Assembly (NCBI GenBank): GCA_043811535.1
Contig: JBDRNC010000023.1
Location: forward strand, 2,216 to 66,215
Direction of reading: 5' to 3'
Length of the DNA stretch: 64,000 nt
Origin: Elusimicrobiota bacterium
GTDB lineage: Bacteria > Elusimicrobiota > Endomicrobiia > Endomicrobiales > JBDRNC01
A program made the translations under genes and the position numbers. Below, piece after piece: positions 7,795 to 16,243 of this stretch. Each line of letters opens with the position of its first letter. The first letter of the stretch is position 1. The notes beneath the pieces are model-generated. The model was not told where the DNA came from. It did not search any database and saw only the letters and a program-made list of their open reading frames with translations.

Positions 7795-8736
7795 ATGGTT
7801 GAAAAAAGTAATCTGTTGGTTGCCTCTTCTCCTCACATCCATTCCGGCGACACGGTGCGGAAAGTGATGGCGAACGTCATGATAGCATTGCTTCCGGCAA
7901 CCGCGGCGTCGGTTTACTACTTTGGCCTGCCGGCGGCGATAGTCATAGCCGTGTCCGTCTTTTCATGCGTGCTCGCCGAATACGTCTGGAAAAAAGCGTT
8001 TAAACTTACCGTTAACATAGACAATCTGAGCGCCGCGGTGACGGGGCTTCTTCTCGGGCTTACGCTCCCGCCGGGGCTCCCGTGGTGGATGGTAGTCATA
8101 GGTTCGGTTTTCGCAGTGGCTGCCGGCAGACATTCGTTCGGCGCGCTAAGCCGGAATATTCTGAATCCGGCGCTGGCCGGCAGGGCATTTCTGCAGATAG
8201 TATGGCCCGGGGCGATGATTACCTGGACAAAGCCGTTTGAAACCGTGACCGCGGCAACGCCCCTGACAATAAGCAAACATTCGCTTCCTGAAGCCCTGCC
8301 AACATATTTTGACATGCTTATCGGAAACAGGACCGGCTCGCTCGGAGAGACATGCATTATCGCTTTGCTGGCGGGAGCGGTCTTCCTTTTAATAAGGAAA
8401 GACATTTTTCTTACCGTTCCTATCGCGTTTATCGGAACGGTCGCTGCCGGGGCCGCCTTATTTGGAGAGGATCCCATTTTTCACGTGCTCGGGGGAGGAC
8501 TTGTGCTGGGCGCGTTCTTCATGGCGACGGACCCGATAACGTCGCCCGTCCCGCGGGCCGGAAAGATCATTTTCGGTGTTGGGTGCGGAACGCTGACCAT
8601 TCTCATGCGCGTCAAAGGATGGTATTCAGAAGGAGTCTGCTTTTCGATACTCGCGATGAACCTTATCGTCCCGCTGCTTGATAAATCGATAATTCCGGGG
8701 CGTTTCGGCGGGCAGAAAGGGGCGGCCGATGCTTGA
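7795..8736 (+). CDS. rnfD: Rnf electron-transport complex subunit D
   Basis: 'SSPHIHSGD', 'TAATPL' (a flavinylation-type Thr motif) and 'FFMATDPITSP'. Confidence 0.88.
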   Translation: MVEKSNLLVASSPHIHSGDTVRKVMANVMIALLPATAASVYYFGLPAAIVIAVSVFSCVLAEYVWKKAFKLTVNIDNLSAAVTGLLLGLTLPPGLPWWMVVIGSVFAVAAGRHSFGALSRNILNPALAGRAFLQIVWPGAMITWTKPFETVTAATPLTISKHSLPEALPTYFDMLIGNRTGSLGETCIIALLAGAVFLLIRKDIFLTVPIAFIGTVAAGAALFGEDPIFHVLGGGLVLGAFFMATDPITSPVPRAGKIIFGVGCGTLTILMRVKGWYSEGVCFSILAMNLIVPLLDKSIIPGRFGGQKGAADA

Positions 8737-9784
8737 ATTCAGTCTGATAGCCATAGTAGCGCTTGTGCTTGTATTGCCGGTGACCGTGCGTTTCATCGAA
8801 CATAATCTGGAACTGTTTCTCCTTGCGATGGGTGCGCTGTCGGTCACATTTTCGCATTTCCTGGGAGAAGAAAAACTTTGGACGCTTCGCCTGATAGAAG
8901 AAGCTCTGGTCGAACCTGTAGCGATAACCGCGGCGGTGGCCGTATTCGGCCTGCTTGTTTTTCTTTTCAGGAAAAAGCTAGTCGATTCTATAATAAAAAT
9001 CGAGCATAAACTCGGCTCAAAACTATTCTGTTTCGCGCTCATAACTGTTCTGGGAATAACATCAAGCATGATTACGGCAATAATGGCGGCTATAATACTT
9101 TCGGAAGTAGTTTCCTCTCTAAGGTTCAGCCGTGATTTTGAAGTAAAACTTGTCGTTCTCGGGTGTTTCTCCATCGGATTGGGCGCGGTCCTCACTCCGA
9201 TCGGCGAACCGCTGTCAACGATCGCCGTTTCAAAGCTGAAAGGAGCGCCGTTCCATGCCGATTTCTTTTTTCTGCTGAGAAACCTGGGATGGTATGTCAT
9301 TCCCGGTGTAATCGCTACGGGAATCCTCGGCGCGATAATAGAACCCTCGGTCAAGGAAGGGAGGGCTAAAGACACCCTTAAAGAAAAGGAAAAGGAAAGT
9401 TTTTCAGGGATCTTTATGCGCGCCGGAAAGGTCTATGTTTTTATATCCGCTCTGATACTGCTGGGAGCAGGATTTAAGCCAATTATTGACAAGTACATAA
9501 TCAGTCTATCCAGCCACTGGCTGTACTGGATAAATATAATTTCCGCGGTAATGGATAATGCAACGCTTACAGCCGCGGAAATAAGCCCCCAGATGTCTCT
9601 CGGCCAGATAAAATACATCCTGATGGGTCTTCTGGTAGCCGGCGGCATGCTTATACCGGGCAACATCCCGAATATCATATCAGCAAGCAAACTCGGTATA
9701 ACCAGCAAGGAATGGGCGAAGATAGGCCTGCCGCTGGGCTTTGCGGCAATGGTCGTCTATTTCCTGATTTTTCTTGTCATATGA
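8729..9784 (+). CDS. Polytopic permease of the ion-transporter superfamily (DUF1646/ArsB-NhaD-like)
   Basis: About 10-11 TM segments. Two re-entrant-type motifs, 'LTPIGEPLS' and 'LIPGNIPNII'. The start overlaps the rnfD stop by 8 nt (ATGCTTGA). Confidence 0.5.
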   Translation: MLEFSLIAIVALVLVLPVTVRFIEHNLELFLLAMGALSVTFSHFLGEEKLWTLRLIEEALVEPVAITAAVAVFGLLVFLFRKKLVDSIIKIEHKLGSKLFCFALITVLGITSSMITAIMAAIILSEVVSSLRFSRDFEVKLVVLGCFSIGLGAVLTPIGEPLSTIAVSKLKGAPFHADFFFLLRNLGWYVIPGVIATGILGAIIEPSVKEGRAKDTLKEKEKESFSGIFMRAGKVYVFISALILLGAGFKPIIDKYIISLSSHWLYWINIISAVMDNATLTAAEISPQMSLGQIKYILMGLLVAGGMLIPGNIPNIISASKLGITSKEWAKIGLPLGFAAMVVYFLIFLVI

Positions 9785-9900
9785 CGGCAGTAAACCGCAG
9801 ACCGAATATAGCAGGCATGACACAAGACAATGAAGTCATTTGTTCCAGTCTTTACCGGTATTCTGTCTGCTGTTTTCTGTTTACTGTTGTTATAAAATGC

Positions 9901-9929
9901 TTGAAATTTATAAAATAAATTGATATAAT
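9901..9929 (+). promoter_or_regulatory. Sigma70 promoter (TTGAAA-17-TGaTATAAT) for the rpsB-tsf cluster
   Basis: -35 at 9901-9906, extended -10 TG at 9921-9922, and TATAAT at 9924-9929. Confidence 0.65.
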
Positions 9930-9977
9930 CCTACATAGAATTAGTTGTTATATGTAATACAGACTCATATAACACAC

Positions 9978-10010
9978 ATCCCGGGATTCTGTCCGGGGTC
10001 TGTTTTTTTC
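9978..10010 (+). terminator. Terminator-like hairpin plus T7 run inside the rpsB leader (possible attenuator)
   Basis: atcccgg / ccggggt forms a 7-bp stem with an 8-nt loop, followed by ctgttttttt. Confidence 0.4.
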
Positions 10011-10120
10011 TGCCCAAACAAATTGGCGCTGGAGAGAACGGCCGGATGGAAGATGAACGGGATGGAGGCCCAGGAAAACCCGCAGGGTTTCCGGGAAAAA
10101 CCAAAGGAGGCAGTAGCAGT

Positions 10121-10930
10121 ATGGCAAACATATCGATGAAGGCTTTGCTTGAAGCCGGCGTCCACTTCGGACACCAAACCAGGCGCTGGAACCCGAAAAT
10201 GGGCAAGTACATATTCGGGACCAGGAACAAAATCCACATCATTGACTTGCAGAAGACCGTAAAAGAACTTAAAAAGGCGTACAAGTTCGTACGAGACTCC
10301 GTAAGCGAAGGCAAGACCATCCTTTTCGTGGGCACCAAGAAACAGGCCCAATCGGCGATAAAGGAAGAGGCCCAGCGCTGCGGAGCTTTTTATGTGTGCG
10401 AAAGATGGCTCGGCGGAACGCTCACAAATTTCGAAACGATCAAAAAATCGATCGGCCGCCTGAACGAAATCTACAAGATGAAAGAAGACGGACTGTTCAA
10501 GACGCTGTCCAAGAAAGAAGTATCTAGAAGGGACAAGGAATTTGCCCGGCTGGAAAAATCTCTTGAAGGCATCAAGAACATGAAAGAACATCCGGGTCTT
10601 CTTTTTATAATAGACCCTTCCGAAGAAACAACCGCAGTGCTTGAAGCCAGAAAACTCCACATTCCAATCGTATCTGTCTGCGACACTAACTGCGATCCCG
10701 ACTTAGTGGATTATCCTATTCCCGGCAACGATGACGCTATTCGAGCGGTTAAGCTGTTCTGCTCCATAATAGCCGACGCCGTGATGGAAGGCAGCGGTCT
10801 TGCCGTCAAACAGGAACAGGATGCAGAAGCGGCATCCGTACCCGAGCGGAAAGAAACAGCCGTCGCGGGAGTGCCGGCGGAAGAACTAAGCAACGAAATA
10901 GAATTGTCGCAGGAAAGCGAGGTAAAATAA
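10121..10930 (+). CDS. rpsB: 30S ribosomal protein S2
   Basis: '[19 protein letters not shown]'. AAGGAGG (10104-10110) lies upstream of ATG 10121. Confidence 0.95.
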   Translation: MANISMKALLEAGVHFGHQTRRWNPKMGKYIFGTRNKIHIIDLQKTVKELKKAYKFVRDSVSEGKTILFVGTKKQAQSAIKEEAQRCGAFYVCERWLGGTLTNFETIKKSIGRLNEIYKMKEDGLFKTLSKKEVSRRDKEFARLEKSLEGIKNMKEHPGLLFIIDPSEETTAVLEARKLHIPIVSVCDTNCDPDLVDYPIPGNDDAIRAVKLFCSIIADAVMEGSGLAVKQEQDAEAASVPERKETAVAGVPAEELSNEIELSQESEVK

Positions 10931-10932
10931 TA

Positions 10933-11535
10933 ATGAGCCCGACCAATGAAATGATACAGAAACTCCGCGAGATGACCGGCACGGGGATAATGGACTGTAA
11001 AAAAGCCCTTGTCGAAAGCGGAGACGATATAGAAAAAGCCGTTAAATACCTTAGGGAAAAAGGCATCGCCACTGCGGTGAAGAAAGCCGAGCGCTCGGCA
11101 AAAGAAGGGCTTGTCGGCTCATACATTCACGCGGGAGGAAAGCTCGGTGTGCTTGTGGAAGTCAACTGCGAAACCGATTTCGTCGCGAGAACCGAGGAAT
11201 TCCAGAGCTTTGTCAAGGAAATAGCGATGCAAATAGCAGCAGCAAACCCGCTGTACGTAAGGAAAGAAGATGTGCCGAAGGAACTGCTGGAGAAGGAAAA
11301 AGAAATTTACCAGGCGCAGCTGAAACAGGAAGGCAAGCCCGAACAAGTGTGGGAAAAGATCATCGCCGGCAAGATTGAAAAATTCTACACGCAGGTGTGT
11401 CTGATCGAGCAGCCGTACATACGCGACGCTTCCGGCAAAGAAAAGGTTAAAGACCTTGTAACTAACGCCGTCGCCAAGATCGGCGAAAATATAGTCGTCC
11501 GCAGGTTCTCGAGATTCAGGGTAGGGGAAGAGTAA
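10933..11535 (+). CDS. tsf: Elongation factor Ts
   Basis: 'IQKLREMTGTGIMDCKKAL' UBA-like N-terminus. Sits directly after rpsB. Confidence 0.93.
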   Translation: MSPTNEMIQKLREMTGTGIMDCKKALVESGDDIEKAVKYLREKGIATAVKKAERSAKEGLVGSYIHAGGKLGVLVEVNCETDFVARTEEFQSFVKEIAMQIAAANPLYVRKEDVPKELLEKEKEIYQAQLKQEGKPEQVWEKIIAGKIEKFYTQVCLIEQPYIRDASGKEKVKDLVTNAVAKIGENIVVRRFSRFRVGEE

Positions 11536-11538
11536 AAT

Positions 11539-11606
11539 AAATGGCTAAACGGTTAAATGGCTATATGGCTAAAGTCGTTAGCCATTTGACAATTTAGCAA
11601 TTTGGC
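11539..11606. repeat. Hairpin repeat, family C ('ggctaaatgg' words)
   Basis: atggctaa (11565-11572) pairs with ttagccat (11578-11585), with additional outer word pairings. Confidence 0.7.
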
Positions 11607-11615
11607 AATATAACT

Positions 11616-12320
11616 ATGAAATACAAACGAGTTTTACTCAAGATGTCTGGGGAGTCGCTCGCGGGGCAGGCGGGTTTCGGCATAAACATGCGTAGTCTCG
11701 AGCAGACCGTATCCGAGATCGGCAGGGCAAGAAAATCCGGGACACAGATAGCGATAGTCATAGGCGGCGGCAACATATGGAGAGGCGCTGGCAAGGAGAT
11801 TGAACGCGTGACGGCGGATTACATGGGCATGCTCGCGACAATTTTCAACGCGCTTGCGCTGCGCGATGTTCTTGAGACAAGAGGCATACCGGCTAAACTC
11901 CAGTCCGCCTTTGAGATATCAAAGATAGCCGAGCTATACACGCCCAAGAAGACGATAGAATATCTCAAAAAGGGATTCATAGTTATCCTCGCGGGTGGCA
12001 CGGGCAACCCGTATTTCACGACTGACACGACGGCAGCCCTGCGCGCCGTGGAGATAAACGCGGAAATATTATTCAAGGCCACGCAGGTTGACGGTATATA
12101 TGATTCCGATCCGAAGAAAAACAGCTCGGCCAAAAAATTTAAAACGATAACGTACGGCGAAGCGATGGCAAGAAACCTTAAGATAATGGACATCACGGCA
12201 TTTTCGCTGTGCAAAGACAACAGCCTGCCTATAATCGTTTTTGATTTTTACAAACCCGGAAATCTGACCAAAGCCCTCGCGGGCCAAAAAATAGGCACGC
12301 TTGTAACATCAGGCAAATAG
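11616..12320 (+). CDS. pyrH: UMP kinase
   Basis: 'KRVLLKMSGESLAG' and 'IVIGGGNIWRG'. Confidence 0.93.
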   Translation: MKYKRVLLKMSGESLAGQAGFGINMRSLEQTVSEIGRARKSGTQIAIVIGGGNIWRGAGKEIERVTADYMGMLATIFNALALRDVLETRGIPAKLQSAFEISKIAELYTPKKTIEYLKKGFIVILAGGTGNPYFTTDTTAALRAVEINAEILFKATQVDGIYDSDPKKNSSAKKFKTITYGEAMARNLKIMDITAFSLCKDNSLPIIVFDFYKPGNLTKALAGQKIGTLVTSGK

Positions 12321-12332
12321 TTGGAGGTTATT

Positions 12333-12896
12333 ATGATGGATACCAGACAGGTTTTCGCGTCAGCAGAAGATTTAATGAAAAAAACGATTGATAAAATGCA
12401 CGCAGAGTTCGCGGCTCTCAGAACCGGACGCGCGAGTGTGTCCCTCGTTGAAGGCCTGAAAGTTGAAAGCTACGGCACGATGATGCCTATAAGGCAGCTT
12501 GCCAACCTTGGCGCTCCGGACGCAAAGACCATAGAGATAAGGCCGTGGGACATTTCGCAAATGGCCAATATCGAAAAAGCCATACAAAAATCCCAGCTCG
12601 GACTGACTCCAATCAACGACGGCAAGATGATAAGGCTTTCTGTTCCGGCGCTCACTGAAGAGCGCAGGAAAGAACTGATTAAAGTCGTCCATAAGATAGC
12701 CGAGGATTTCAGGATTTCAATCAGGAATGAACGCAGGCAGGCGATGGAAAACATCAAGAAACTTGAAAAAGACAAGAAAATAACCGAAGACGACAGACAA
12801 AAAGGCGAGCAGGATCTTCAGAAATTGACTGAACACTATATTAAAAAAGCCGACGAACTTCTCGCCACAAAAGAAAAAGAAATAATGGAAGTCTAA
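12333..12896 (+). CDS. frr: Ribosome recycling factor
   Basis: 'LRTGRASVSLVEGLKVESYG'. GGAGG at 12323-12327. Confidence 0.93.
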   Translation: MMDTRQVFASAEDLMKKTIDKMHAEFAALRTGRASVSLVEGLKVESYGTMMPIRQLANLGAPDAKTIEIRPWDISQMANIEKAIQKSQLGLTPINDGKMIRLSVPALTEERRKELIKVVHKIAEDFRISIRNERRQAMENIKKLEKDKKITEDDRQKGEQDLQKLTEHYIKKADELLATKEKEIMEV

Positions 12897-12902
12897 TAAG
12901 GA

Positions 12903-12977
12903 CGATTACACTGATTAATTGGGAGATTACACCGATTATTTATCTGTGTAATCATTTTAAGAATCTGTGTAATCATC
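12903..12977. repeat. Two-module hairpin built from 'gattacac' words
   Basis: gattacacTgatt and gattacacCgatt (left arm) pair with atcTgtgtaatc and aatcTgtgtaatc (right arm). The result is two 11-12-bp helices separated by an internal loop. Confidence 0.8.
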
Positions 12978-12992
12978 TCCGGAGGAATAAAA

Positions 12993-13172
12993 ATGGCATT
13001 CAAGATCGATCAGGAAGCATGCGCGGCATGCGGAGTATGCGAGAGCACTTGCAAAACGCAGGCAATAGTTCAGGAAAACGATAAGTACAGTATTTTGCCC
13101 GACAAATGTACTGACTGCGGCGAATGCGTAGATGTGTGCCCCGTAAGCTGCATCAGTGGGACAAAAAAGTAA
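12993..13172 (+). CDS. 2x[4Fe-4S] ferredoxin (59 aa; below the ORF-track cutoff)
   Basis: MAFKIDQEACAACGVCESTCK...CTDCGECVDVCP contains two CxxCxxCxxxC motifs. GGAGGA at 12981-12986. Confidence 0.85.
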   Translation: MAFKIDQEACAACGVCESTCKTQAIVQENDKYSILPDKCTDCGECVDVCPVSCISGTKK

Positions 13173-13200
13173 TCGTTCAAAATATTTGCTCTCAATTGAT

Positions 13201-13920
13201 ATGAAATTGCCTGAAATAGACAATAGCCGGCTGCCGCGTCACATAGCGATTATTATGGACGGGAACGGCCGCTGGGCGCAGAAAAGAAGGCTGCCGAGGA
13301 TATTCGGGCACAGGTCGGGAATGAAAACGGTCAGGGAGATTGTCGAATCCTGCGCCGACCTCAAAATTGAAGTCCTCACCCTTTACGCGTTCTCTACGGA
13401 AAACTGGTCCAGGCCGGAAAAAGAGATCAGCGGGCTTATGACGCTTCTCAGAAGATACCTCAGAAGCGAGCTTAAGACGATGATGAAGAATAATGTACGG
13501 CTGAAGACTATAGGCGACCAGTCTAAATTCCCTGAAATCATCAGTGACGAACTTGCGAAGACGGTGCGTGAAACGGAAAGGAATACCGGCCTAATACTTA
13601 ATCTCGCGCTAAATTACGGCTCCCGTAGGGAAATTATAGGGGCGGTAAATAAACTAATTGCCGGGGGCGCGGGGAAGATAGATGAGGAGATGCTGTCGGA
13701 TTCGCTTGACACTGCAGGTTTCCCCGATCCCGACCTATTGATACGCACTTCCGGAGAGATGAGGATATCTAATTTCCTGCTATGGCAGATCGCTTACGCG
13801 GAACTTTATGTAACTCCGGTTCTGTGGCCGGACTTTAGGACAAAGGACCTGAAGGAAGCGATAATTGAATATCAGAAACGCGAGCGCCGTTTCGGCGGCC
13901 TTTCAAAAGGCAGCAATTAG
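13201..13920 (+). CDS. uppS: Undecaprenyl-diphosphate synthase
   Basis: 'HIAIIMDGNGRWA' and 'LLIRTSGEMRISNFLLWQ'. Confidence 0.93.
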   Translation: MKLPEIDNSRLPRHIAIIMDGNGRWAQKRRLPRIFGHRSGMKTVREIVESCADLKIEVLTLYAFSTENWSRPEKEISGLMTLLRRYLRSELKTMMKNNVRLKTIGDQSKFPEIISDELAKTVRETERNTGLILNLALNYGSRREIIGAVNKLIAGGAGKIDEEMLSDSLDTAGFPDPDLLIRTSGEMRISNFLLWQIAYAELYVTPVLWPDFRTKDLKEAIIEYQKRERRFGGLSKGSN

Positions 13921-13993
13921 CAATTTGCAATTGGCCATTAGTATAGACCAGATATTTTTTAACCAATTGCTAATAGCTAATAGCTGATTGCTG
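13910..13993. repeat. Hairpin repeat, family D ('gcaattagc' words)
   Basis: gcaattgg (13927-13934) pairs with ccaattgc (13963-13970), with outer word pairings. It includes the uppS stop codon. A half-copy lies at 40984-41013. Confidence 0.7.
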
Positions 13994-14004
13994 GATACTA
14001 TAAA

Positions 14005-14832
14005 ATGATTCTACCCCGTATAATCACGGCAATAATCGGCATACCTCTTGTGATGCTCGCTGTTTTCTGGGGCGGGATACCCTTCTTCGTAATGATGATT
14101 GGCGTGACGTTCCTTGCGCTAAGGGAATATTTCATGCTGGCAAGGATCTCGCGCTACGATACTTACCCGCTTGCGGGAACAATCGCCGGATTGCTGCTTT
14201 TCATAAGCATATTCCTTAACAACACTTATCTCGCGGATCTGGATTCCAGCCAGGGCACTTCTTTAATCGTCACCGTTATTTTGATTTTTTTATTTCTTGT
14301 AGAGATGCTCAGAAAAAGCCCGGAAAGAGCCGTTGAAAGGCTTTCAGTCACCTTTTTCGGAGCGTTTTTTATTCCGTGGGCTCTCGCTCATATGTTCCTT
14401 ATACGGAATCTGCCCGGGGGCGGAGCAAATTACCTGTATTTCATCTTCCTGCTGATATGGGTTCTCGATACGGGTGCGTATGCTTTCGGCGTGCGGTTCG
14501 GGAAAAGAAAACTCGCGTCCAGCCTGAGTCCCAGGAAAACCGTAGAAGGAGCCGTGGGAGGGATTGTTACCGGGGCTCTGGGAGCGATTATACTGAGATT
14601 TTTCTTCCTCAGTACGCAGATGACGGTCTCTGAATCAGTAGTACTTGGCATTCTTGTGGCGGTTATAGCGCAGTTTTCGGATCTTGCAGAATCGGTCCTC
14701 AAAAGGGACGCCGGGGTTAAGGATTCTTCGGCGCTGCTTCCGGGGCACGGCGGCATGCTTGACCGTTTCGACTCTTTCCTTTTCGCAGCGCCTCTATTCT
14801 ACTATTATCTTACCGTTTTCAAGGCGGGATAA
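14005..14832 (+). CDS. cdsA: Phosphatidate cytidylyltransferase
   Basis: 'SPRKTVEGAVGG' and 'PGHGGMLDRFDS'. Confidence 0.92.
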   Translation: MILPRIITAIIGIPLVMLAVFWGGIPFFVMMIGVTFLALREYFMLARISRYDTYPLAGTIAGLLLFISIFLNNTYLADLDSSQGTSLIVTVILIFLFLVEMLRKSPERAVERLSVTFFGAFFIPWALAHMFLIRNLPGGGANYLYFIFLLIWVLDTGAYAFGVRFGKRKLASSLSPRKTVEGAVGGIVTGALGAIILRFFFLSTQMTVSESVVLGILVAVIAQFSDLAESVLKRDAGVKDSSALLPGHGGMLDRFDSFLFAAPLFYYYLTVFKAG

Positions 14833-14948
14833 ACCCCGTTAGAAAACAACGGGTGATTCACGGATTAAGATGTCAGCATATTACCTTCTTTTAACAGCAA
14901 TAAATCTGATCGATTCGTAAAACACGGGTGTATTTTTTCTAACGGGGT
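14833..14948. repeat. 116-nt element bounded by perfect 14-bp inverted repeats ACCCCGTTAGAAAA / TTTTCTAACGGGGT
   Basis: IRs at 14833-14846 and 14935-14948. The 11-nt core matches the element at 36414-36498. Confidence 0.8.
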
Positions 14949-15073
14949 AAACCCGCAACACACAAATGAACCCAGCCCCTCCGCACGTGAAAGGAAAATG
15001 GAATGTGTAATCGGATATTTAACATAGAAAAGATATTGCCTAATAACTCGGCTTTAATTTATGGAGGAGCTGG

Positions 15074-16228
15074 GTGAAAAGATTATGCATATTAGGTTCA
15101 ACAGGTTCAATAGGGCTTCAGGCAATTGAAGTCGTGCGCCGTCATCGCGACAAATTGAGTATCACCGCACTTAGCGCCTATTCCAACGTTGAAAAACTTA
15201 AATCACAGATAAAGGAATTCAGGCCGGAAATAGTGTCCGTTTGGTCCGAAAAGTCTGCGAAAGAGCTGAAATCCTGGATAATAAAAAACGGGATTCGCGC
15301 GGAAGTCATCCCGGGTCTTGAAGGGCTTATACGAGCGGCAAGCGATAACAAGGCGGACATGGTCCTTTCGGCGGTTGTCGGATCGGTGGGCATCAGGCCG
15401 CTCATTGAAGCTATAAGATGCGGAAAAGACATCGCCCTCGCAAACAAGGAAGCACTTGTAGTCGCCGGCGGGCTTGTGATGCAGGAAGCCGCTAAATGGA
15501 ACGTCCGGATACTCCCAGTAGACAGCGAGCATTCCGCTATTTTTCAATGCCTGAAAAACGAAGATCCGGGTTCCGTTAAAAGAATCATCCTGACCGCGTC
15601 CGGCGGACCGTTTTACAAAAGCGCGAAGAAGCATTCAAGGATAAGCGTAGAAGACGCGCTTGCTCATCCTACGTGGGAGATGGGGCCGAAAATAACGATT
15701 GATTCCGCCACGCTTATGAATAAGGGTCTTGAAGCCATCGAGGCGCACCATCTTTTTGGGGTTCCTATGAAAAAAATCGGGATTATCATACATCCGCAGT
15801 CAATAGTCCACTCGATGGTGGAATTCTTGGACTCTTCCGTTATAGCGCAGCTTTCAATACCCAACATGCGCCTTCCGATACAATACGCGCTGCTTTACCC
15901 CGCAAGGATGAAATCCCCCGTAAGGGCTCTTGATCTTGCCCGAGCCGGCAGGCTTGATTTTGCCGAACCTGATTTCAAGAAGTTCCCGTGCCTGGAGCTC
16001 GCGCTCGAAGCGGGAAGCGAAGGCGGAACGGTGCCCGCTGTCATGAATGCTGCAAACGAGATAGCCGTGAAGCTGTTCCTGGACAGGAAATTATCTTTTT
16101 CGAAAATACCGGCAATAATATCAAAAACGATGAAGCTTCACAAGAAAATAGCGCGCCCCGCGTTAAATGATATTTTATATGCTGACGTCTGGGCAAGGAA
16201 AAAAGCCGTAGAAGCCAGCGGGCAATAA
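15074..16228 (+). CDS. dxr: 1-deoxy-D-xylulose-5-phosphate reductoisomerase
   Basis: 'ILGSTGSIG' and 'NKGLEAIEAHHLF'. GTG start. Confidence 0.93.
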   Translation: MKRLCILGSTGSIGLQAIEVVRRHRDKLSITALSAYSNVEKLKSQIKEFRPEIVSVWSEKSAKELKSWIIKNGIRAEVIPGLEGLIRAASDNKADMVLSAVVGSVGIRPLIEAIRCGKDIALANKEALVVAGGLVMQEAAKWNVRILPVDSEHSAIFQCLKNEDPGSVKRIILTASGGPFYKSAKKHSRISVEDALAHPTWEMGPKITIDSATLMNKGLEAIEAHHLFGVPMKKIGIIIHPQSIVHSMVEFLDSSVIAQLSIPNMRLPIQYALLYPARMKSPVRALDLARAGRLDFAEPDFKKFPCLELALEAGSEGGTVPAVMNAANEIAVKLFLDRKLSFSKIPAIISKTMKLHKKIARPALNDILYADVWARKKAVEASGQ

Positions 16229-16243
16229 GAAGTATAACATTTG

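Noticed and set aside
8726-8736. An identical 11-mer, CCGATGCTTGA, at two overlapping gene junctions: rnfD/permease (8726-8736) and wHTH/uppP (37188-37198).
   Set aside because: Hundreds of 11-mer coincidences are expected in 64 kb. The ATG..TGA overlap geometry constrains the sequence further, so this is probably chance.
9712-9918. 68-aa ORF (with an internal 33-aa Cys-rich hydrophobic peptide) downstream of the permease gene.
   Set aside because: It has no SD, overlaps the permease 3' end and runs into the rpsB promoter. Its composition is that of a T-rich spacer.
12903-12977. Possibility that the tandem-word spacers are mini CRISPR arrays.
   Set aside because: There are only 2-3 word copies per arm, arranged as inverted rather than direct repeats. 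There are no unique spacers of 25-40 nt and no cas genes or leader.
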